Below are positions 33,157-47,082 of a stretch of DNA of 64,000 bases, one piece after another. A program made the translations under genes and the position numbers. The stretch lies in contig NIVC01001638.1 of NCBI GenBank assembly GCA_002269645.1, positions 1 to 64,000 on the forward strand, read 5' to 3'. The stretch comes from Macrostomum lignano. Lineage: Eukaryota. The notes beneath the pieces are model-generated. The model searched no databases, was not told where the DNA came from, and was given only the letters and a program-made list of their open reading frames with translations. How positions within the stretch are numbered: the first letter of the stretch is position 1; the number at the start of each line of letters is the position of its first letter.

Positions 33157-34708
33157 GAGCGATTCCAAATTCGAATATTTTACTAACGAATAAAAATTTT
33201 TGATTAAACGTCTTATTTGATAATTTAAGTCGTCGTGAGTTAGATGAAAAGTTCACTGTTAGAATGCTAGCTATGCACCTACTTCTTCCACACAAATAAC
33301 TTAAAGTCCTTAGACAGCATACGCTCGTATGAATGTTTCTTGGAAAATTAAGACTAGAATCGCGCATTGCGCTTTGGTACGTACATGCACGAGTACATAA
33401 ATTTAACCCTGGTAATCTCATCGAAGTCAAGTAGTTTTTTAATTGTGTAAGTACTTAATAAAACTCTCGAATTACATTCATTTTCAGTTCTGATTTAAAT
33501 TTTCACTGATTACCAGTTGTAAAACTACATAAACTTAATTGGCATTTTGATTTAAACCAGTTAACAAAAGAGCGATTGAAGCTACAGCATCGAGTGTGCG
33601 TCAAACAAAATGTTAGTTTGAGCCTAAAATTTTTTTCATTTAAATTGGTTTTTGTCTGTATTTCATAAGAATCCATATAAATATATTATTTGTGACTAAG
33701 TATTTCAGAAATAGAAATTAAATAGTACATCACAAATATAGTTTAATTAAATTGTTTTACTTCGTATTAAAATCGTTTATACTAATAAAACCTTTAAAAT
33801 ATATTACACATGCATGCCAAAATGGCAAAGTACTTATTGTCCTAATTTAGTAAATTGTCTCAATTATTGTATTGTAGTTTTATTATTTTGTTCAATTTAT
33901 TGTCGCGTCAATTACATTAAATGCATTTAGTGCAAAAACACTATGGTTCATGAATGGTTCAATCATATGAAACCGCGAGTCCTTTTTGGCGTGTTCCTGA
34001 CTGGATTAGCGTTGCATAAAAGTGAATTAAGTTATATTATGGATTCATGTACGCATATAGACATCTGTACATATGATATCAGACTTTCTATAAAGTTAAT
34101 CTATGCTAAAAGTAAGAAACTCTGCTAAAGGTAGGAAGCAAAAAGGTCCGGGATTAGCTAGCAACTGGTGAGTCAAGCAGGAGGAAATCGGAAGGATCGA
34201 TCGATTGAGGGGATCGATCGACAAAGCGGTGTAGTACAGAAGAGTGGAGAGAATGAAAGGCAGGGACAGGTTAATTACCGGTACCTTGATAATTGAACAT
34301 GAAATAATATGAAGGGTAAGCAGCACCTGAGATTTCTAATTCAGAAACAGGCTTTAGCCAGCATTGAGTTTTGAAAAAGTGCGGGAGATTTCGCGCAATA
34401 TTAAAATAACAATCGTATACGCGATTGTTTTTTATTCTTGAATCCTAGAAATTGCTTATCTAGTATATATAGTGCAAACTTCTGATTTTATAAAATTATT
34501 TTGTACAATATTTTAGAACATTTTAGAACTCAGTAATAATTATTTAACTTTCATTTCTACACGTGCAGGTCCGCGGACCGCTGCGCCTTGCCTGCTCGAC
34601 CATCGTTGGAGTTATACATTCGACTAGGCTGGATATCTCTTAGTATCACTATTGGATGCTTGATACGAACATCGTTGCAAATCAATAATTTGAAGCTATA
34701 ATTTCATA

Positions 34709-37700
34709 ATGCCTGTCGCACAGAAAACAAAGCACGCCATAACACTAAAAGGATCTACAAAGACGGTTTCTGAATTTTTCTGTAAGTCCATAACATGTTA
34801 AGACTTCACTTAGTTTTATATAGCCTAATTAAAGGGTTTTTGTAGTTTAGTGTCTAATAAATTGATACTAAAAAGTAAAAATGTAAATTTACAATAAAAA
34901 ATACATTAATGATAGATAGCCAAGGCCTGTTAGAAGATGATGGGCAATGGCTTATATAGGCCATAGGACTAGTTCTAGGTTTGATCCTTCTATTTAACTA
35001 GGTCAATTTATCATGTCAAAAAATAAGTTATTAGTACTTTTGTTATTGTTATCCAAGAAAACAAGTTATAATTAATATTCCATAATTTTTAAGCTAATTA
35101 ATACTAAAAATTAAAAATATTTTAATAATTATTTGACAAAGCAGAATATATCAAGCCAAGAAATTACATTTCTGGGAGAGTTCTAGTTTTTTGCATTAAA
35201 TTATTTTGATTATAACATTAAAAAAAGAGTTTTAATTTTAATAAAGTTTTTAGCATTGAAGAGCTTGCGTGCACGGCCGCCGTTCACGTAAGCTCAGAAT
35301 TGCGTGCACGGCAGAGCTATATCTTATAGGCTTATACAGTAAGTCATATACTATTCAAATTAATATTCAAGTTAACAAAAAAACAATGAATTAAGAATAC
35401 ATTTGCAGTCCATGGTGTACGGGGGATAAAACATTATAAAACAATATAGTAAAAATATTTTTTAATTAGGTTTGTTAATGCCAATGCGTGGATTTAAGGG
35501 CCCCAGTCCCGGCCAATTGCCGGCTGCCGTGCACGCAATTACAACACTAGGTGTACGGCTGCATACATGCAAATAAAGCACTAGGTAGATAGCCGCCGTG
35601 CACGCAATTCTGAGCTTACGTGAACGGCTGCCGTGCACGCAAGCTCTTCGTTTTAGCATTGGGCTAGTTAACAATCAATAATAGGGCCTAATGTGCAATT
35701 TTTCCACAAGAAGAGACAGTACTAGAGACAAAGGCCAATTAGGCCATATATCTTATATATAGGCCTACCAGAAAATTTGGATCTAGGTAAACTTGTCAAT
35801 TTTTTATTTGTCAACTGTGTTGATAAGTTTACCATGGTTTGTATAGTGCATAACTAATATGCAATATAACAAAGTGTATAAAAGTAAGAGATATAAATGG
35901 AAGCAAAAGCAATAAAATGTTTTAATTTATTCATGCATAAAAAGTTAATTAAGTAATATTTTTTGTTAAATTACATTTATTAAAACTGATTGAAATTAAA
36001 ATTGATTAGGATTGGGATCTTGAAAACAGCTATGCACAAAGATAGCTGCACATACTGTACTATGCTGAGGGATAAATACCAAATGAATACTTTTTATTTG
36101 CTAAAAAATGAGAAAAACAAGTTTTTTAGGGCAGAAACTTCTAAATAGGGACTCCAATGAGGTTACCGTAAAGCTGATAATTATACGAAAAATCGTAAAA
36201 TAATGTTTTTAAAAAATGAAATTGCCATGCATAGAAAATATTTATAGTAAAAACAAAATATACATGTTAAAGAAGAGTTTCTATTCTTTTTAATGAGATA
36301 TAGAAACAAAAAATATATACATTGTATGCCGAGTAATGTCCCACTGAACTTCGTCTTTTTTTTAATACACTCGTTTTGTTGCCAAAAAAAGTGACTTTCG
36401 AAAGTTTGTTTTTTTGTTGGAAAGCAATTATTTTAACAAAATATAACTATTTATTGATACAAACAACTATATTTACAAACATTTTTTGACATTTTGAGAA
36501 GAATTTTTTTTTCTTTTCTCCCTATTTAGACAGTATAAAAAAATTAAAGTTGAATAAAAATCGTACCCGTATTTCCGAAGCTTAGTAAAACCCGGAAATG
36601 AATGCTACTCCATAATATGATTACATTAAAAAAAACTGCACATGTCTATCTACATCTGCCAAAAAGTTATTGAAGCCTGTTTTTTGCCTATCTCTTCAGT
36701 GTAAAATAGACGGATAAAACAGAAAATTTAAATTTTTTTCTAGCAGTAATTTCCGAAGACTATTCTTCTACTGCATTTAATAGAAGAACTTATAGGAATT
36801 TTTCACAGCACTTTTATATCTTTCCACATACATCCGCCAAGGAGCAGCAGCAATGTTTGCTTTTTAGTAGAGATACTACTTACATACTACTTATATAAAA
36901 AGTGGCTTATTATGGCTTTTCTTAACCAAAAAGAAGACGTTTTACCATTGCAAATTAGTTTTGAAGGCAAAATAATACAAATAAATGTATGCTTTAGCTT
37001 ATTGAGCTATAGCAATTGCAATCCCAATAAATGACCCCTTGAATGCACGTAACCTTGGTCTGCAATTCAAACTCCCATAAAAATGAACTGAATTTCATAA
37101 GAAATTGTGTTTATTCCATTTGTAAGTTTAATAAGCAACTTCACAATATACAATTTTAAGTACAATATATTTTTAAATACTTCTTTACACTTGTTTACAG
37201 AAATGTTCATCGGTAACTTTATTCACAATATACAATTTTACAATAAGGATAGGCTCAATCAAAAAATATACAAGACAATAGTATCAACAATTATTTACCT
37301 ATATGTTTTACAGTTAAAAAGCAAAGCAGACAATATACATTATGTGTGTAAAGACAATAAGCATTAAATATATGCTAACTTCAGTCTTCAGTTGCAGCTA
37401 CTCAACAAGCAATAATATTGGAAAAAAAGAACAAGAGCTTTTAAATAAACCAAAGTACACAAAAAAAACATTTTCATATGTTTTTCATTAAAAAAACAAA
37501 TCAAACTTTATATATATTCATTAGTATAAAAAATATAATCATTCAAAGTTGAAAAATGTGCAATTTTAAGATATGCTATCAAGTTCCAGTAGCAAAAAAG
37601 TCACAAAATTGGTGAATTTTTTAACCTTTGTCAATATATAGGAAAAAATGGTATAAAAATATATACTTTTATATGTTGTGGAGTAAACAAATAAAAAAGA

Positions 37701-40700
37701 TTTCAGAAAAAGCAATTAACTTTTAAATAATAGTCATTTGAAATTTAAATTTTGCTCCATTTTTGATGTGCATTTTTCACTTTAAAAAAATTCAAATGCA
37801 AACCCCAAGAAAGATACATTAGAAAGAATAAAAACAATTTGTTAATCTTATGTAGAACTGCTTGGTCTTTAAAATGATACCAGACTCAATATTGTATGTT
37901 GAATAGCAAAAAAGATATGACAACAAAAAGTGAAAAATTTTGTTTTCGTACATCTAATGGCAACAATCTATAATGTATTTTTCCTATCTAAAAAACGTAA
38001 TTTTTTGGGCACAAAAAATGCTATAACTTTTTTATTACTCAACCAAATTTAATAAGTGAAGCCATTTTGTGATGCTGTTATTGTCCTCTATCAGATACAT
38101 ATCTAAAAATATATAAATTTTAAAGTTTCAAAATCTCACTGGAGTCCCTATTCTAAATTGTTTTTTATTATTCCTTTTCCATAAGGACAATGTAAATTTT
38201 CCATTATTTTATAGTACGCTGGGATATAGGCTGATGTGTGCTGAAAATGGCAAGTACCCATGTCAACTTCCAAACTATAGGTTTTATAGTAGCCTTTTTG
38301 GTAAAAATTCTTAGGCACATAGACAGAAGATTACATAGTAGAAAGGTCCTTTACTGTTGCAATGCCTCATAGCCCTAGGTATAAAGCATAACTACTAGCC
38401 GCATGCCAGATATAACTTCTAAGACAGCCAAAAAATGTTTCCATATGGCCAGCATGTCCACGAGACTATAGTCTATCATATGCAGCTATGTCCTATACTG
38501 ATGCCCCATAATACACATTGCATGCCAATTATGCATGCTGACAACTACATTTCCTTTCAGTTGCACAACATGTACGCTGATATTTTCAATTCATATTATG
38601 CATGTAGATATTTTCAAATGCATGCCAGGATTTTATAGCATATACTAGATCTTCCAGAGATAGGTAATACAAGGAAGGGTCTTCTATTGCCTTTTGTCAG
38701 GAAGGTGTCTAGTTTATGTCAGAGTTTTTTAGGCAAAATTGAGCAAAAATTTTTGTTGCACTGCCTTTCTGATAATGTCTAGCATATATATCATGAGTAA
38801 ATTTGTTTTTTTCTGGCATAAACTTGAATTTATAGTGTAAGGGATCACTTTTTCTAATGTACCATGTAACTTATTTGAGAGTTTAGGCCAGAGATACTCA
38901 TTTAGGTGAGTTTGGAACAGTATACCACTTGTGCCACATATCCTCTAGAATTTGTCCTCCACATGTGCTTACAGCCCCTCAATGGTATATTAGTATACAT
39001 TGTGGGATCATTAGGGTAGCCTTAGATTGGCTGCTAATATGATTGTTGTAAGTGCCCTGGGTCTGCCAACAATTGTAGGTTTAGCAGATAGGCTGAAAAG
39101 TGAAATAAGATTATTAAATATGTAATAGGCTTTGTTTTTAGTAAACACACTTTTAAATTTCTTAGAAATTTGTAAAATTCGAAAACTACTAGAAATATTT
39201 TGTATATTTTGTATATTTCTATACAATGATTTGTTTAAAACTGTAATGAAATTTTATTATAAATAGGGGCCATCTGGGGGCCTAACCAAAAAACTTTTTC
39301 TTTACCTTTGGGTTCAAGCTTTGATTGTGCTTACCTGCTTATTTTGCAGATAAAATCCAATCAGCTTTGGGCTTGTAATCACTCGTGTTACTTATTTCAA
39401 GTAGTAGATAGTTATAGTGACTTAGGAATAACCTAAGATTGGGAGAGTTCAGACCATTCTCAGAAGAACAAGATATCCAGATCAGAATCTGAGAAATTGC
39501 CTTTAGAAGGCAGAGATCCTACCACAGGGTAGAGAAGTCCAGGCTCAGAGTCTGAGAAACCCACCTCAGGGCAGAATACCCAGCAAGTAAGATTTGACCC
39601 TTTGATCCCAGGAATGCCTAGGACTGAGAAAAACCCACCTAAAGGAGAGAACTGGGGGACATATAGATTTAGAGATATAGTGCCATCAGACCACTCAGGC
39701 CAGAAAGTACAATAGAAGTACATACACTACCAATAGAAGTACATGCGCTACTAGTAGAAAGACAATTAATAACCAGTAAGATCAGTAAGAAGAAATAAAC
39801 CCTGTTACAACTTTGGCGGCAGCTTTAACAATAAGAAATAGAAAAGTAGCCCTACAACAGCTGGTGACTCAATGGGGGGATAATTTCAGTGAGAGCAATC
39901 ACCCCTACAACAGCTAGTGACTCAGCAGGAGGGGTTAATTTCAGTGAGAGCAATCACTCCTACAACAGCTGGTGACTCAGTGGGGGGATAATTTCAGTGC
40001 GAGCATCACCCCTACAACAGCTGGTGACTCAGCGGGAGGGGAGGGGATAATTTCAGTGAGAGCAATCACTCCTACAACAGCTGGTGACTCAGTGGGGGGA
40101 TAATTTCAGTGAGAGCATCACCCCTACAACAGCTGGTGACTTAGCGGGAGGGGGAGGATAATTTCAGTGAGAGCAATCACTCCTACAACAGCTGGTGACT
40201 CAGTGGGGGGATAATTTCAGTGAGAGCATCACCCCTACAACAGCTGGTGACTCAGCGGGAGGGGGGGGATAATTTCAGTGAGAGCAATCACCCCTACAAC
40301 AGCTGGTGACTCAGCGGGGGGATAATTTCAGTGAGAGCAATCACCCCTACAACAGCTGGTGACTCAGCGGGGGGATAATTTCAGTGAGAGCAATCATCCC
40401 TACAACAGCTGGTGGCATAATGGTAGGATTGAAATATATAGAGTAAGAAGAAATTAGACCTACAACAAATAATTAAATGCAGCAAACAAGAATTATGCCA
40501 CATTTCTATATGTTTTCAATCAGTTGCAACTCTTGCCTCTACTAGGGGTATATTGAAAATATATTACATATAGCACAGATACTATAAGTATCTATAAGTT
40601 ATTATCTATTCTATAAACATTAATTAATAAAAACAAATGGAAAATTGGGTCCATTACTGATCAATGAACAAAAATCATTCATTAGGCGTTTTTTCTTACA

Positions 40701-43021
40701 TTTAATTCTTCCTATTGCTTGTATCTATCCATGAATGAAAATAAAATCTTTGTGTTTATCTGTTTATATACAAATTTGTTCACTAGGCATATAGACTTCT
40801 ATAAACTGTTTAACCAAGTAATACCAAATTTTGAACTTACCCTAAACCCACTAACAGAGGTTTCAGGCTACTCTAAAATTTTCTACTTTAAACTCTGCCT
40901 ATCTAAAAGTGCCTAGCAAAAAACTACTAAAAATGTGATTTCTTTTACTAAATCCTCCATAGCATTGCTCCAATTTTCCATATCCTATTCAAAACTGACA
41001 GAAACAATATAAATTTTTATTATCTTTCTGCATCTAAATTTCATTTGTTGAGGCTGGGACTCAAGCTAGAGCTGCTTGTTTTTTTGCTTTTTGCTTCTTC
41101 CATCTGCTTTTACTCTCATTCAACTTCTGTGTAGCATTTCATAGCCTTGAGAAATTTCTTATAACTTGGTATTTAACTGCTGAAAATAAGAATCTGCTAA
41201 TCAGACTAAATGAACTTTCAAGCATTGTTGTGGGATGGGTATTGAAGCAGATGTCTATAGCCTATTCTTGTGTGTAGAGTAATCATATTTCTTTTGCTCA
41301 TAATGTTTAACTTTTAAAGAAGATTTTTGAATTTGATGCAAAAATGTCAATAAATATTGCATCCTTGCCCAAACTTTCTTAAATCATTTTAGATTATGCA
41401 GTGAATTCCATCCTTTACCAACGTGGCATTTATCCAAGCGAATCCTTTTCGTTTGAGCAGAAGTATGGCCTCACTGTTCTTGTGACATCGGATGAGAAGC
41501 TTAAGGCCTATTTGATCAAGATATTGGAACAAGTGAAGCGTGAGTTACTTCTAGCTGTATCGAATAGATCAACTGTCACCCCAAGTTTTGTTGTTGAGCA
41601 CCCCCACCCTAGATCCTCAGTTGCTGCGCCAGCCTCCCAGATCCTGTTGCTGTTCTAGCCTCCCAGATCCTCAGTTACTAGGACAGCCTCCCAGATCCTC
41701 AGTTGCTGGGCCAGCCTGCCAGATCCTCAGTTGCTGGGCCAGCCTCCCAGATCCTCAGCTGCTGGGCCAGTCTCCCAGAGTGTCAGTTGCTGGGCCAGCC
41801 TCCCCGATCCTCAGTTGCTGGGCCAGCCTCCCAGATCCTCAGCTGCTGGGCCAGCCTCCCAGAGTGTCAGTTGCTGGGCCAGCCTCCCCGATCCTCAGTT
41901 GCTGGGCAGACAGCCTGCCAGATCCTCAGTTGCTGGGCCAGCCTCCCAGATCCTCAGTTGCTGGGCAGACAGCCTGCCAGATCCTCAGTTGCTGGGCCAG
42001 CCTCCCAGATCCTCAGTTGCTGGGCCAGCCTCCCAGATCCTCAGTTGCTGGGCCAGCCTCCCAGATCCTCAGTTGCTGGGCCAGCCTCCCAGATCCTCAG
42101 TTGCTGGGCCAGCCTCCCAGATCCTCAGTTGCTGGGCCAGCCTCCCAGATCCCCAGTTGCTAAGCCAGCCTCCCAGATCCGCAGTTGCTGGGCCAGCCTC
42201 CCAGATCCTCAGTTGCTGGGCCAGCCTCCCAGATCCCCAGTTGCTAAGCCAGCCTCCCAGATCCGCAGTTGCTGGGCCAGCCTCCCAGCTCCTCAGTTGC
42301 TGGGCCAGTCTCCCAGATCCTAAAAACTCCAGAGATGACTGTACATGTTTCCGTCCTTCACGCCTGAAATAAACACCTAAAGATTTGATTGTAAAAAACC
42401 ACTCAGAATGGCTCAGCGACCTGGTGATTGAGAAGCTGGTGCTTGTTATTCGTCGAGTGTCCACCCAGGAAGTGGTCGAACGCTGGCAGTTCGACATTAA
42501 ATGCGACAAATCTGCTAAGTCCGATGAACCGTGAGTATTGAGGTTGTCTTTTATACTACTTTCAGTAAGCCGGTGTGATTTTTTCAATCAAAAATCCTAT
42601 ATTTTTACTTATCCACTATAAGTAGTTTGAACCAATTTTTCATAAAACAGAATGGTGGCAGAGAAAGACGAGAAGCAAGTGAAGAAAGACATCGCCGATG
42701 TTATCCGCCAAATTGTGGCCAGCGTCACCTTTCTACCGGCTCTGGATTTCCAGTGTAAGTTTGTCGTTTTTTTAATTTGCTTTGTTGTCTCGGAGTTTAA
42801 CTAAATAGTTTGTTAAGCTGAAGGATTTTTTTTTGAAAATTACAGGCAGTTTTGAACTGCTAATTTACTGCGACAAGAACACGGAATTGCCCAGCGGCGA
42901 ATGGGCCGATACTGGACCTCAGCTGGTGTCCAATTCTGTCGAAGTGAAATTGAAATCGTTTACCACCTCAATTCACAAGGTGGACTCTTTGGTGGCTTAT
43001 AAACTCAATCCAAACGAATGA
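34709..43021 (+). CDS. MAD2L1: Mitotic spindle assembly checkpoint protein MAD2 (HORMA domain). Exons 34709-34781, 41393-41539, 42407-42530, 42651-42754, 42846-43021
   Basis: Spliced product: MPVAQKTKHAITLKGSTKTVSEFFY/YAVNSILYQRGIYPSESF..QKYGLTVLVT../QWL..EKLVLVI..EVVERWQFDIKCDK../..VIRQIVASVTFLP../CSFELLIYCDK..GPQLVSNSVEVKLKSFTTSIHKVDSLVAYK. All phases consistent with canonical GT-AG; intron 1 is 6.6 kb. Confidence 0.97.
35258..35650. mobile_element. MITE (~393 bp) with ~57-bp TIRs and a 9-10-bp TSD (Mutator-like)
   Basis: The left end GAAGAGCTTGCGTGCACGGCCGCCGTTCACGTAAGCTCAGAATTGCGTGCACGG is inverted at ~35595-35649; TTTTAGCATT lies at 35248-35257 and 35651-35660. Confidence 0.85.
36144..38152. 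mobile_element. Possible decayed non-autonomous DNA transposon in MAD2 intron 1
   Basis: 17/18 inverted repeat AATAGGGACTCCAATGAG (36144-36161) / CTCACTGGAGTCCCTATT (38135-38152) around AT-rich non-coding DNA; no clear TSD. Confidence 0.3.
39849..40414. repeat. ~53-58-bp minisatellite, about 10 copies (CCTACAACAGCTGGTGACTCAG-Gn-ATAATTTCAGTGAGAGCAATCAC)
   Basis: Length variation is confined to the G-run; no unique spacers. Confidence 0.93.
41610..42320. repeat. 28-bp minisatellite in MAD2 intron 2 (CTGGGCCAGCCTCCCAGATCCTCAGTTG)n
   Basis: About 25 units. Confidence 0.96.
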
Positions 43022-43377
43022 AGTCTGCTATAAAAATATGCTATTTAGATACAATAATATTAACTATAACTTTCAAGTTCTGCTTCAATGCTTACAGTAG
43101 TACTTCTAGTAGTAGTTTTTGTATTTTTTGTAATTTTTCTACATTTTGTTTGACGCATTTCCGATTATTTTTTGTTATATTTGCAAGCGAACTCGTACTG
43201 AAAGTTTACAAATCAAACAGTTTTTCCGTATTTCAATTTGAAAATTTAATATTTGTATGATTTTTATACCTGATACTTCCTATAAACTGATGTGAATTGC
43301 TGGTATGCAATGAATAACTTAGTCTGCGCGATTCTAATAGGATCTTACTTGTTGAAGTTGAATGGGAAGGGAATGGT

Positions 43378-44035
43378 GAATGGGATTCTATCCTCTGTGA
43401 ATGGGATTCTATCCTGTGTGAATGGGATTCTATCCTGTGTGAATGGGATTCTATCCCCTGTGAATGGGGTTCTATTCCCTGTAAATGGGGTTCTATCCTG
43501 TGTGAATATGATTCTATCCCGGGCCCTGTGAATGGGGATCTATTTCCTGTGAATAGGATTCTATCCCCTGTGAATGGGATTCTTTCCTTGCGAATGGTAT
43601 TATGTCCTCTGTGAATGGGATTCTATCCCCTGTGAATGGGATTATATCCTCTGTGAATGGGATTCTATCCCCGTGAATGGGGTTCTATCACCTGTGAATG
43701 GGATCATATCCTCTGTGAAATGGGATTCTATCTCCTGTGAATGGAATTCTATCTCCTGTGAATGGAATTCTATCTCCTGTGAATGGAATTCTATCTCCTG
43801 TGAATGGAATTCTATCTCCTGTTAATGGAATTCTATCTCCTGTGAATGGAATTCTTTCCCCTGTGAATGAAATTCTTCCCGTGAATGGGATTCTATCCCT
43901 CGTGAATTGGATTCTATCCTCTGTGGATGAAGTTCTATCCAGTGTGAATGGAATTCTATCCCCTGTGAATGGAATTCTTTCCCCGTGAATGGGAATCTAT
44001 CCTCTGTGAATGGGTTTCTATCCCCCGTGAACGGC
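43378..44035. repeat. 21-bp minisatellite (GTGAATGGRATTCTATCYCCT)n downstream of MAD2
   Basis: About 31 degenerate units with a homogeneous core at 43737-43850. Confidence 0.93.
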
Positions 44036-45319
44036 ATTCTATCACCCTGTCAATGTTATTTTATTTGCCACTTATTTCAAATTGTATTTCAAACTTATTT
44101 GTTTCAGCTACCACGTGCAATAAGCATTTGAATTTACGAGTAAGTGCATTGATCGGCATTGCAGTGCAGTGCATGCAGTGCAAGAATCTTGCTAAAATTA
44201 ATTTTATACTCTTTCTATTAACTATCTATACATACCGGTAAATGCTTAATCAAATGAAATTTTCAAATCGTCTAAAAAGTCTCCAAATAAATACAAAGCA
44301 ATCGACAATTCTATTTTCGTAATAATTTAAATTATTATAAAGAAATAAGTCAATTCTATTCAATAGACTGAAAATTTGCTTCATTCAATGCCAATAGCAA
44401 CTGGCAATCTAAAATATGATATATTTGTATTTTGATAATCTAAAGGGTTGCTATGCATCACAAGGAGAACACTAATATTATTAATAAGCAATAATATTGC
44501 ACCAAAATACCTGAACAAAAATATAAATATGGGAGACAATGCAACTAAGCTAAGCTAATTACTTTCAAGCTAAGAAAAAATCTACAGACACGCAATAAAA
44601 ATGAAAGACCGACTCAATTTCGACTGCAGGTTAACAAACAAATATTTCACTGACTGACTGAGGCAGTTAATGTTAATTACTATTAGTAGGATAATAAAAA
44701 CACCAGTTGAAAATCTGGCAAAAAAGTGCAAAGGATGTAGGAAGAGCTGAGGTATTCGACTGTGTACTTTTGTTTCAATAAAGTAAGTATTACTAATAGT
44801 ATTATATATAAAGGAAAACCAAACAACTGCTGAATCTGAGAGCTTATCATATCAGAAAAAAATGATTGAAAATGCTGGACCCCCAAAGCTTGGTGAATAA
44901 GCAAGAACTAAGAGATAATTATCTTATGGCCAGTGAGGTAGTATGAGTATTAATAACTACAGCTGTGTAATCTCTAAATGACTAGTTTTAAACAGTAAAA
45001 ATTGAATAAAAACACAGGAACGGACAGGCATTTGAATAATTAATCTATTATTACCATTAATCTTTTTATAGAAATTTGAAAGTATCGTTTTTACTACACT
45101 ACAAATATTATACTTGTAAAAATAGTACACAACATTAATAAGCTATTAAGGTGTTAATAAAATGTTGACCTTCATGTTTAAAAAAATAAAAATTCATTTT
45201 TAATAATTAGGCCAAACTAGCAGGTATGTTAATGAAAGTGAGATTAATTTAAAAGAAATAAAATCTTTTAAATACTCGGATCATTAATTCTAAATATTCA
45301 ATTTCGTGATGATCCTAAA

Positions 45320-46770
45320 CATTCAGGTCCTTGATGCTGAATACTCAGATCCCTAATCCCAAATACTCAGATCCCCAATCCTAAATACTCAGATCCCCAA
45401 TCCTAAATACTCAGATACCTAATCCCAAATACTCAGATCCCTGATCCCAAATACTCAGATCCCTGATCCCAAATACTCAGATCCCTGATCCCAAATACTC
45501 AGATCTCTGATCCCAAATACTCAGATCTCTGATCCCAAATACTCAGATCCCTGATCCTAAAATACTCAGATTCACAATCCCAAATACTCAGGTCCCTAAT
45601 CCCAAATACTCAGATCCCTAATCCCAAATACTCAGATCCCCAATCCCAAATACTCAGATCCCCAATCCCAAATACTCAGATCCCCAATCCCAAATACTCA
45701 GATCCCTAATCCCAAATACTCAGATCCCCAATCCTAAATACTCAGATCCCTAATCCCAAATACTCAGATACCTAATCCCAAATACTCAGATCCCTAATCC
45801 CAAATACTCAGATCCCTGATCCCAAATACTCAGATCCCCAATCCTAAATACTCAGATCCCTAATCCCAAATACTCAGATCCCTGATCCCAAATACTCAGA
45901 TACCTAATCCTAAATACTCAGATCCCTAATCCCAAATACTCAGATCCCTAATCCCAAATACTCAGATCCCCAATCCCAAATACTCAGATTCCTGATCTCA
46001 AATACTCAGATCCCCAATCCTAAATACTCAGATCCCTGATCCCAAATACTCAGATCCCTGATCCCAAATACTCAGATCCCTGATCCCAAATACTCAGGTC
46101 CCTGATCCTAAAATACTCAGATTTACAATCCCAAAAACTCAGGTCCCTGATCCCCAATACTCAGATCCCTAATCCCAAATACTCAGATCCCCAATCCCAA
46201 ATACTCAGATCCCCAATCCCAAATACTCAGATTCCTGATCCCAAATACTCAGATCCCCAATCCTAAATACTCAGATCCCCAATCCTAAATACTCAGATCC
46301 CTAATCCCAAATACTCAGATCCCTGATCCCAAATACTCAGATCCCCAATCCTAAATACTCAGATCCCTAATCCCAAATACTCAGATCCCTGATCCCAAAT
46401 ACTCAGATACCTAATCCTAAATACTCAGATCCCTAATCCCAAATACTCAGATCCCTAATCCCAAATACTCAGATCCCCAATCCCAAATACTCAGATTCCT
46501 GATCCCAAATACTCAGATACCTAATCCCAAATACTCAGATCCCTAATCCCAAATACTCAGATCCCTGATCCCAAATACTCAGATCCCTAATCCCAAATAC
46601 TCAGATCCCCAATCCTAAATACTCAGATCCCTGATCCCAAATACTCAGATCCCTGATCCCAAATACTCAGATCCCTGATCCCAAATACTCAGGTCCCTGA
46701 TCCTAAAATACTCAGATTTACAATCCCAAAAACTCAGGTCCCTGATTTCCAATACTCAGATTCACAATCC
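45320..46770. repeat. 22-bp minisatellite (CCCAAATACTCAGATCCCTAAT)n
   Basis: About 65 units; the variant marker AAAATACTCAGATTTACAATCCCAAAAACTCAGG occurs at ~46110 and ~46706. Confidence 0.97.
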
Positions 46771-47082
46771 TTAGCAACTCAAAACGCCCTAATTATCTGT
46801 AACAAAATTTTATTAAATTTAGAAAATAATCAGCCAAACTAACACAAACAAAACAGATGCACGTGATACTTGATATAAACATTAGCAGTACCCTGAACAC
46901 TAAGCGCAATCGTGGAAGCAAGAGTTGATTTAATTTCTCACACTGACAGACACACGGACATTGATATGACTATAAAAAATCAATATAAATTCGCTATGCA
47001 CAAGTAGCTAGCAACCTTAATCCGATATTTGATAGTACAACCGCAACTTGACATACTGATAGTAGTAAGTGACCTCATTAAT

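Noticed and set aside
39849-40414. CRISPR-like regularly spaced repeats
   Set aside because: Units are contiguous and vary only in a G-run; no unique spacers, no cas genes, and the context is a eukaryotic intron.
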